Position numbers and translations under genes: made by a program
Notes under the pieces: generated by a model
Told to the model about the DNA's origin: nothing
Database searches by the model: none
Seen by the model: only the letters and a program-made list of their open reading frames with translations
Shown: one piece after another, positions 12,677-21,911 of the stretch
Numbering within the stretch: the first letter of the stretch is position 1
Layout of the letters: each line of letters begins with the position of its first letter
Assembly: GCA_026025795.1 (NCBI GenBank)
Contig: JAPEUG010000176.1
Span: 1 to 33,907, forward strand
DNA length: 33,907 nucleotides
Origin: Thelocarpon superellum
Taxonomy: Eukaryota
Reading direction: 5' to 3'

Positions 12677-13300
12677 GCAACGAGGCACCCAAACGCAGCC
12701 AGTTGCCAGAGCTCTTCGATGTTGCTAACGATGCCATGCTATTCAAGCCTTGAGATGTCGGATTCCTTGATCCTCACCCTCACAACACAGCCGTCACAAT
12801 ATATGGGAAAGACCAGGTCTTCCACGGCACCTACAGCTTCAAAGCACATGTACAAGTACATATGAGACCCTGGGCGATGCCACCATCCAACGCTACCTCC
12901 ACTATTGCCTCCTAGGGTAGGCTGACACGTGGTACACGGTGGAGCTGTCAGAGCTCCAATGCACTAGACTACGCTCCTCAGTCAACATGTGGTGCCACAC
13001 CGTGGAGAAAGGCTTCTGCAATTCTCCCGGCAAATCCCTCGCAGCTCTGGAGACCTGTTGTTACACCCTCGGCGACGTATGTCAATGTCGCGATCCTGTC
13101 GGCTACATACAGGAGTTCGTCGTGCTGGGCTCGCAACGCCAGGAATACTCGAGACGATTACACGCAGTGCTTGACTGCGTACGAGCACCTGAACGGAGCA
13201 TTGCGTCTAATGCTCCACAGATCAACGACGATACCAAAATCCCGGAGCTGATCGAGATGGTCAACGACATCAAGCACGCCTGGTACGACACGTGGTCCCC
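12677..13300 (+). pseudogene. Degenerate retrotransposon gag (probably Ty3/gypsy type) with stops and frameshifts
   Basis: Stitched translation FKP*DVGFLDP...CLLG*ADTWYTVELS...WCHTVEKGFCNSPGKSLAALETCCYTLGDVCQCRDPVGYIQ...(shift)AYEHLNGALR...KHAWYD follows the motif order I recognise in ascomycete retroelement gag proteins. Stops at 12751 and 12918, frameshifts near 12865, 13130 and 13215. Confidence 0.75.
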
Positions 13301-13483
13301 CGATAGCCAGGACGACCAGGACGATCGGTTTGATCGAATGGATGAGCCGAGTGACCGAAACCAACGCGATCGATGCTAGCGCCACCAGCCGCATGAACGG
13401 CACCATGCAAACGATCGTCTGCAAGGCAACGATCGTTAGAGGAGGAATGGAGGTCACCGCGACCGCGGCCATGGCTACGAGCG

Positions 13484-13536
13484 CCACGAGCCTCGCCGGC
13501 ACCACGAGCCTCGCCGGCACCACGAGCTTCGCCAGC
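13484..13536 (+). repeat. 18-bp tandem repeat, about 3 copies (CACGAGCCTCGCCGGCAC)
   Basis: Units at 13485, 13503 and 13521. Reads HEPRRH in the gag frame. Confidence 0.9.
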
Positions 13537-13663
13537 TCCGTGAGCTCCTGAAAGCTTCGCTGTTGGCGAAGCTCTCAGGTTGATAACGACGTCAACGTCG
13601 GATATGCTGGTCACGCCTGGGCCGAGCAGGTTGACCGCGGTCAACGTTGACCCCCGCACCAGC

Positions 13664-13738
13664 CCTGCTTGAGCCATCCAGCTCATCAGTCCTGCTTGAG
13701 CCATCGAGCTCGCCGGCCCCATGCGAGCCATCGAGCTC
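13664..13738 (+). repeat. 27-bp imperfect tandem repeat, about 3 copies (core GAGCCATCSAGCTC)
   Basis: Units begin at 13664, 13691 and 13718. Confidence 0.85.
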
Positions 13739-14527
13739 CTACGTTCGCTGCCGCGTTCAATAACGCTGCCGCCACATCTGCCGCTGTAGCTACGCCTGCC
13801 ACCAACTCCATCAGCGACGATACACCTGACGATGATGACGCCAATGTTGCCAGCTGGCAATATCTGTCTACGCTAACAACGCCAGTAACCCACCTGCGCC
13901 TACCCACGTTTCGCCAGCTGCGCAAGCTTGCAATACGCCAGCTCGCGCCAGCATGCTGGCAATGTCCACCCACGTGAGCCACCAGACCACGCGCCCTACG
14001 TCGACGACATCAACTATGTCGACTACGCCTATCACACCAGCAACACTATATTGGCGTCGACTGGGCTATATGCTACGACTGGGAGATGGATAGGTGGATA
14101 GAACCACTACGATGTCAACAACGTAATACACCTATCGGATAGGCCTACGCCAACGCTTCTGCTTGCGCATTGCACCTTCCTGCGCGCGCTGCTCCTTGCG
14201 CTTCTTCCACGCCCTGAGCCTTTCCTGCGCTATTCGCGCACCTGCGCCTAGCCATTCGAGCACCCTACGCCCACGTCTACGTCTGCGATGGAATGGAATC
14301 ACACAACACGGCGTTGTTGTTTCTCGACTCCTGGCGATTTTTATGGACGTACCTAGTATTAGGGTAATAGCGTTTGGTAATAGCTTACATTCCTAGTAAG
14401 CGGTGCAATCGCGTTACACAGGTATCCCAATTACGTCTATTACGGATATCGTTCGTACTCTACTTCGCTATTTAAGTTCGATTTCGAGCGATAAAGACAT
14501 TTCAATACCACACAACGTTCCCATAGG

Positions 14528-14774
14528 TGTGACGACGAAGCCTACAGCTAGGCAGAAACAGTAGACGTTGTCAATAGGAGTTGACGTTGTCGCTCCTTAG
14601 GGCTCATAGACCTATTCCTAGCCTCCTCGTGGTACTCGAGTTGAACGCTTGGGCTCTGCTAGCTCGCAGCGGGACTCAACATATATACAGCGTGCCAGGT
14701 CACGTGTGACATCACGTGAAAATCGCATTAGCTCTTCTATCCTCGCGGCGACGCGTGGAGCTCCCGGCCTTACA
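14528..14774 (-). mobile_element. Solo LTR-like copy B (247 bp) with probable 5-bp target-site duplication
   Basis: TGTGACG...CCTTACA, same length as copy A. Flanks ATAGG (14523-14527) and ATAAG (14775-14779) differ by one transition. Confidence 0.8.
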
Positions 14775-15011
14775 ATAAGTTACTTGAAAGAGGGTTAGGG
14801 TTATCAGAGATGCGATCTTATCATGCAGAGGTATAGGGCTGGCGCGCGGGCCGAAGGAGAAAGCGGCGGCACAGCCAAACTGGATCGGCTTACTCCTGTC
14901 GCGCGTCGGCGGTGTCGGATCCGCAGAAAGCAGCGGAGCGACCTGTTATTCGCTCTGGGAGCGCAGATTATCAAAATGTAGGCCATGGGTATACCTGGTA
15001 CATAGGAAACA

Positions 15012-15294
15012 TGTAACGACCAGGCCTACAGCTAGGTGGAATCAGTAGATGTAGTCAATAGGAGTTGACATCGTGACTTGATAGGGCTTGTAGACCTAGT
15101 TCTGGCCTCCTGGTGATACTCAAGTTGAACACTGGATCTCTGCTTGCGCAACTGGACTTATATACAGTGGGTACGTCACATGCGCTGTCACTTGGTCACC
15201 CCATGACTTCCCCTATCCTTACAGTGAGGCGCAGGGTTCCCGGCCTCACACTTCCCCTATCTCTACCATGAGGCGCAGGGTCCCCGGCCTCACA
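15012..15294 (-). mobile_element. LTR-like copy C (15012-15250), direct repeat of B, with its terminal 44 bp duplicated in tandem (15251-15294)
   Basis: TGTAACGAC...GCCTACAGCTAGG...GTCAATAGGAGTTGAC...TATATACAG...CCCGGCCTCACA. Segment 15207-15250 is imperfectly repeated at 15251-15294. Confidence 0.78.
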
Positions 15295-17960
15295 CACAAA
15301 ACGAGGGTAACTGGAGATACTTAGGATGGATTAGCACCAGGCCTTCACCTAGAACCGATCAATGGCGGCTCCAAGCCCGATCAACTGGGACCTCCATCAT
15401 GGTCTGATGAGATGACTTTTGCAGCATCACGTAGTCTGGGAGCACGTAGATCCACCTTGAATTTCGATATCGACCCCCCAGTCTCACTTGTGATCTCATC
15501 CGTATCAGTCGGCAATACTTGTCCGTCTCCCGCGTCGTCATGTGTGTGGCGATGACCCAATCCACCGTCAAGGTACCACAACGCCACCGGCGATTGGCGG
15601 ACTGCGGGCGCCGACGGATGTGGACGGGACTAGACCGCCCGCGGGCGTGGGCGTCGACCTTGGCCAGAAGTCCAGCCCTCGTACTCGTACAGAGAGGAGT
15701 CTCCATTTTTTCACGGTCGCATCGAAGTTGAAATGTCCTAGTACCTATGTGCGACAGCATGACAAGACCACGACGAGTAACTGCGACGACGAGGCTTTTT
15801 TTTCTGTCATACGGCATCTTTGCGAAAGATCAGGTATCAGGTATCGGGAGAATTAGTAGTCACCGACGGAGGACCTAAGGAGACAGCCTAGAGCGGAGAG
15901 GGCACGAGTCTCTTCGGATCTGCAGAGCGACCAGAACACGGTATCGTATCCCACGCTTCCTCGTTCGACGTTGCCTCAGTCCATCGCGCCCCTCCCTCGC
16001 AGACGCGCCGTAGCTACGGGGTCGCCAAGTACTCCATCCTCCGGGCCCCCCATTGCCTCGCTTACGTCTCGCTCTGATTGGCGATGGGTGTCATGGCGCC
16101 ATTCGCCTTTTTTCGGCCAAGCCTCGACTTGAGGCTGATTGTGTCTTGGACCGGAAAGACTCTTTTCGTCCGTGGCACCGCTCGCCCGGATCGCCTCTTT
16201 CGTCGGAGGCGTCATTGGAGGAAGCGGACGAGGAGGAGGGCGTCAGGCCGATCAGGCCAGTAAGATGGAGAATCGTATCGCGATGGAGCGTGCTCGACTC
16301 CGGCGCAGGAAGGATGATTTGACTTCATCTGCCGACCGGCGTGCCCGCTAAAGCTCGCACCTGTACTCGTGCTTGCTCATACGAGCGAGTACAATCGCAA
16401 TGGCGCTCCCTCTGAATGATTCAGGGGACCCTTGTGCCCCTGCCAGCCGAAAGGAGACTACTCCACACATCACCTTATTGTGGTAGCGACGGTGGCGGCG
16501 GCAGGTGTGGCTACCTGGAGCTGTCCGCTAGGGAAGCTGTCCCCGGCCACCCCATTCGTGTGCGCCTGCTCGATGCGATGAGCCGGATGGGAGCGTGGAA
16601 GCGCCAAGCGAGCGTCGGGAGGCCGTCCGGGGTCGTGGACCCGTGTGTCCGGAGGAGGCGGAGGCTGGACGGTGGACGGTGACGAAGCCTGGGTCATCCT
16701 TCGCCGCTGCAGGTTGCACCACGCACACGCCGTCCCTCACCTTCGGCCCATACGGACGTACAGGGAGGTGACATGTCCAACCATGGGCTCGGGGAGCCAT
16801 GGCGGCCACCGTCGCCACCATCGGCCGGGGCAGCAGCCCCCGGCGTCAACCAGCCTGCGGCCTGCCAACCGTATCTTCTCGTGAGACGTCCTGAAAAACG
16901 TATTACACTGAGAGGGTCGAGCTCTAGCTTGGTGCCGCTCGGGCTCGTCCTGCGCCATTGGGCCCAACGCGAAGCGTTGAGAAGCATCGCTGACTCTTTG
17001 CCATGCAGACGTTCGGCATAAACGTCAAGGTTCTGGTAAGCCGTAACGACTGCACCATTTTACAGGTACGGTGACCGGGGACCGAGAGCTGAGTCCCTTA
17101 GAAAGCACATCTGCACCTGGACGGCGCTGTTCTGAAATTCCCCTACGCTGGACGACTCCGTAAAAGTCAGGCTCACTAGTGACGCTGGGTCCTGTCTTCA
17201 CTAATCTCAAATGACCCCTCCAACAAAGTCTGGTCGGTCGGCAGAGGCACAGCTCGGTCACGACGCTTCCCCAACGGAGCTCGCCGTGATCAGCTTTCAC
17301 AAATGACCGAGGCGGACGGCATGTGCCAGCAATCCTTTCTTCTTGGCTCTGGCCGAGCGAGGCCTGCAGAGAGGTGGGGGAAGCATCCCTCACGTTCCGC
17401 ACCATCCCGATCCTGGAGGGTCTGTGTTCCAGGAAACTATGGTACTTGCACCTCGCTCGTCTCTCGTCGGTCTCTTTCTCACTCGGCCGAGGAGTGTGTC
17501 CCACGATACGGCCTCGTGCCTACCAAGTCGCGGGTGTGGAAGGCAAAAACCAATAGTCAGCGATAGGCGGAGGGCGGAAAGATTGGCTGGCTCCACCAAT
17601 GGGAGGAAGCGAGCTGGCGAAGCTGCGCGCAAGTCTCTGGTGATTACTTGTAGCTCCAAGTATTGTCTCACGCAAGGACACGCCTAGGCTCTAGTCGTGC
17701 AGCACACGCCTTGCCCGATGGGAAGGCTGTCCCTTCTTGCTGCTGCCCACCCCCCCTCCGCCTCGCCACACCACCCACCGTGGTTGGACCGGTCGCAGTG
17801 GACAAGAATGAACGGCGTCGTCGGCTGGTGCGTCGCTGCTGGCACCGACACCGAGCCAGCGGCGGGAGACGGCGCCGGACCCAACGCTGCCTGTCCCATC
17901 CTCTCGACTCCTGCAGAGCCGATTCCTCGCGTGCTCCCAAGTACCAGCATCACACGCATT

Positions 17961-18015
17961 GCACCACGCACCACGCACCACGCCTCACGCACCACGCACC
18001 ACGCAGACCACGCAC
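17961..18015. repeat. 7-bp tandem repeat (GCACCAC)n, imperfect
   Basis: GCACCACGCACCACGCACCACGCCTCACGCACCACGCACCACGCAGACCACGCAC read directly. Confidence 0.9.
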
Positions 18016-20452
18016 TACCTTCCAAGGCCATGCGCTCAATCGGCGTCGTTGTCCACGGCACCCACCCACTTGGCGCCTTGCTCTGATGTCGTGACTAATG
18101 TTTTGGGCCGTGGCCCGCCATCTTGCTCCCTACCTTGATCTCTCCCAATGTACCCTCCACGGAAGCTTTCCTCGGTCGGATGGTAGTAATTAGTGCCTGC
18201 GCAACCCGTCCGTGCACCTCCGTAGGTAGCTCGACCACGCGCGTGTGTGCCCGCCCCCGCGCCTTTGAGATCTCCGAGCAAGGCCGCCGCGCCCTCGGAG
18301 CGCACAAGAGCGTGGCGGCCTCTTCCCTGATGGGCGAATGCACTCTAGGCCAGAAGCGGTTCAACTCCTTGTCTGCGTCTAGACTGCTGCCGAGACCGAT
18401 GAGGACATTCTCATAATTCTCCGCGCGCTCCGATCCTACGATGAGACGCGAGCGAGCCCGGCCGGTTGACCCGGTCCTCGGTCACTAACGCCTGTCGCTC
18501 TCGCTTCTCCCAGTGTAGCGAAGAAAGGCGACGTGCGAGGGCGCGAACGCAGAGGCCGCTACTCGCTCCACGCCGGCCTCTTCCTGCCAAAAGCGAAGGG
18601 CCGCTCTAATCCTGGTCCCCACCGCCCCGTGCCAATCAATATCGGCTCGTCGCTGCAGCTGGAATCGTATGCAGCCCAATCCGAGATGGGCTGGGTCGTC
18701 GTCCCCACTACTCCGTTTGGGATGGTTCTAGAGGATCGGTGCTGCTGCTCAACGTGTGTCCCCTACTACTCGCACGCGACGGCCGCAGCGGAACGCCCAA
18801 TGCAGGTCGTGCCTCGCTGGGGAGAGCCACGATCAGCGCGAGCGATCCCACCGATGCCCCCGAGACCCAGGGTGTCGGTGCGCCGCCGTCGATCACCCCC
18901 CCTCCCAGCACCATCACCTTCCGCCCACGGGCAACCGCAGCCCCATGTCCCGATCGGTTGGCGTGCGGGATCTACCTCCAACGATGTTAGATGAGCCGCG
19001 GCGGAGGGGAAAGAAGGTGAGGGAGGGCGCGAGGGGCGAGACGGCGGTGGCGGCGGCGGCGGGGGCGGCGGCGGCGTGCGCCTTCGCCGCTCGGGGGGAG
19101 CCATCGGTGGAGACACCCGCGCGCTGGGTGACAGCAAGCGAATGGGGGTAGGTCCAGAGGAGGGAGGGGCGACTCCGAGGATGATGACAGTGCGGTCCGA
19201 GCAGCTGCGCTGCTGGCTGGCCATCTGGCTCCGTCGGTCGCGCGCTCGCGTCGCTGGCTGGCTCGCTCGCTCAGCGCATCAGCCGGGCTCCCACGGTCCC
19301 TGCACGCAGGAAAGGCAGCCCAAAGCGCCCGGCTAGCCTCGCTTGGCGGGACCAGACGCTCGAGCGCTTCCCTGCTAAGATTCCCCCCTGCTAGAGTCCC
19401 CTGTAGCATCTGTCCAACCCCTGCCGGCCACCCCGGTCCGCGCCCGCCTGGCTGCTTAGCCATACCCAGTCCAGAGGTGCCGCTGGGCACCCCAAGCACT
19501 CGCCTAACGCAGCCAGCATCTGGCCCATCGAGCCCTTGAGACCGCCATCCGCTCCCTAAAAGCGCCATGCTCGTCCAGGACGAGGCACCAGGCTAACAAA
19601 GAGGACGAGCATGGTCCAGGTCCAGGACGCGCATCAGATCCACCGTCGCCGTCACCCACGTCGCTCGCCATCACCGAAGCGCTGCACGCTCCGCGGATCG
19701 GTGATGTGACGAAGCCCTTAGAGACCCGAGCACCAGCGCACCGAGGTATCAGGGGCACCAGAGACACGGTGTTAGCGGACCCTGCGCCCACAGCTCCATT
19801 GGAAGCCCTGCGCATGAGCTGTCACGTCGATGACTGTTTGACTTGCTCCACTTTCCGGCCGCCGTCGACACCTTGAGCATCCACGACACCACGCCATACT
19901 TCAGACGAGATCGCCCGCTCCTTCGAGCCTCGAAACGCTGCCTCGTCGTCCATCTCCTGGCGATTCTCTCCTTGCGCAGATTCCGCTCAGCGTTCCAGAT
20001 CCTCGCCGCCGCCGAACCCAGCCAACCCCCCTCTCATCACCAGCCTTGATTACCGCGGCACTGGATCGTGAACGGGTGGCACTGATTCCTTACGCTGCCC
20101 ACCCTTCCTCCGCGACGGGCCCTCCCCCTGGACGCGCATTCAACGCCGGGGACCTGCTCGCGTCGTCGTGAGGCAGATTGCCTCGATCTGCCCTTGGGTA
20201 ACCTTGTGTGGGAAAGACGGCATTGTTACCTCCTCGGCCTGACTTGTGGCTTCCCCCGGAAGTGAGGATCTACGGCACGCATTGGCACGCGGCCTCGAAC
20301 CGGGTGAGAGGCAGCGTGCGTGACGGCCACCGAGTGTTTCGAGCAAGCGTCGAGTGCGGTGCGGTGATATCTGTGGACTACTCCCACGTCCACCCCGGAC
20401 CAAAATCGTCCACTTGCCCAAGCTGGCTGCCGCGGTAGCGTCATCGGCGCCG

Positions 20453-21911
20453 ATGGGTTCCGTCACGGATCCTGCGAGCTTCGCGGCTCGACGGTCGGCG
20501 GCGTCCAACTTGCCCAACTTCCAGCTGCCCCCGCCGGAGTTGTCGCACATGCAGCGTTTCCCCCCCTTGTCGGCGGTGAGCGTGAGCCAGTCGGCGCCGA
20601 TGAGCGCCGGCAATCTCCTGACGCCGCCGACGAATCTCTCGGGGGATGTGCTGAGTCCGATTTCGTCGAGCGTCAACAGCGGCAATTCGGGGAGCTCCAA
20701 CCAGGCGGCGCTGCCACCCTACACGCCGTTGAACTTCTGGCCCCCGCCTTTGCAGTCCGGCTCGCCGTATAGCTTTGGCAGTGGACCGGGCCCCTTGGCC
20801 GGCTTCACGGCGCAGGCGCCCACCTTCCCCGCCCGCAGCATCTTCTCGCCCTCGCTCTCCTCCTTGGGACGCAATGCCAGCTCGCCCTCGAGCGGCGACA
20901 ACAACTACCCGCTTCCGCCACCGCCGTACGATCTCAGTCTGCCTCCGTTCGCCACGTCGATGCCCGTATCGGCGCAGGGGGCGCCCATGTCGTCGAGCAA
21001 CCTTCCGGACCTCGCGGCGCAACAGCGTGCCATGACCAACGCCTTGATGAGCAATCCGACGCCGGTCACGAGCACGACGACTCAGGCGTCGCCGGTGCAC
21101 GCGCACGAATCCTATCCCAATCAGCGGCTCCCCCCTACGCCGACGTATTACAATGCGTCGCACCCGGCATCGGCCCCCCCGCATCAAACCACCTTTCCCA
21201 ACCCTTTCAACAACTCCTCGCCCAACCAGCCCAGCCCCGGATCGGCCGTGACCGGGCAGCGCGTGTCGCCGCTGTCTGCCGGCGCCGGACCGACCCACCC
21301 CCCCATCCTCCACCCGGCGCCGACGCCCAGTGCGAATAGCCACCAGTCTCGGCCACTCGGCTACTCGCTGCCCGCCATGGCCGGACCGGTGATGTCGAAC
21401 GTGCATAGCCCGGGCAGCCAGATGGCACTGGTGGGCGGCATGCCCGGGGGCAGTATGATCCAAGGCTACTCGAGCCACGGCAACCTATCGCAGATGTACG
21501 GCGGTCATGGTCACGCGCCGCCGCCGCCGCCGCAAAACGACCGGCCATTCAAGTGCGATCAGTGTGCGCAGAGCTTCAATCGCAATCACGATCTGAAGCG
21601 GCACAAGCGGATTCACCTGGCCGTCAAGCCCTTCCCGTGCGGCCACTGTGAGAAGAGCTTTTCGCGGAAAGATGCGCTCAAGGTTCGTTGCCTGCCGCCT
21701 CCATGACGCTTTCCTCTCCGCGCTCCCGCTGACCTCATCACAGCGACACATCCTCGTCAAGGGCTGCGGCAAGGGGCAAGCGCCCGACGGGGCCGGCGGC
21801 CGCGACGACGGCTCCTCGTCGCCGCTCGAGAAAGCGGACCTGGGCAGCAGCGACGAAGCCGACGAGAGCCCCGTGCTTGAGGGCTCGGGAGCGCGCCCGG
21901 GCTCGCGTTGA
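20453..21911 (+). CDS. C2H2 zinc-finger transcription factor (one C2H2 and one C2HC finger), 2 exons, 465 aa
   Basis: Exon 1 20453-21682, intron 21683-21743 (GTTCGT...GCTGAC...CAG), exon 2 21744-21911. P/S-rich body, then DRPFKCDQCAQSFNRNHDLKRHKRIHLAVKPFPCGHCEKSFSRKDALK|RHILVKGC. Confidence 0.92.

Noticed and set aside
12405..14774. DIRS-type element or DNA transposon with terminal inverted repeats
   Set aside because: The repeats have TGT...ACA ends and a third copy nearby. No tyrosine recombinase, reverse transcriptase or transposase remnant is visible.
14791..14803. Telomere-like AGGGTTAGGGTTA
   Set aside because: Only about two units, compatible with chance.
14528..15250. LTR B plus LTR C as one TRIM-like element
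   Set aside because: The copies are quite diverged, there is no primer-binding site, polypurine tract or shared target-site duplication, and B has its own probable duplication.
20441..21478. 345-aa antisense ORF over the C2H2 gene, and similar shadow ORFs over niaD, the cyclin and the kinase
   Set aside because: Expected by-products of GC-rich codon usage, with no domain features.
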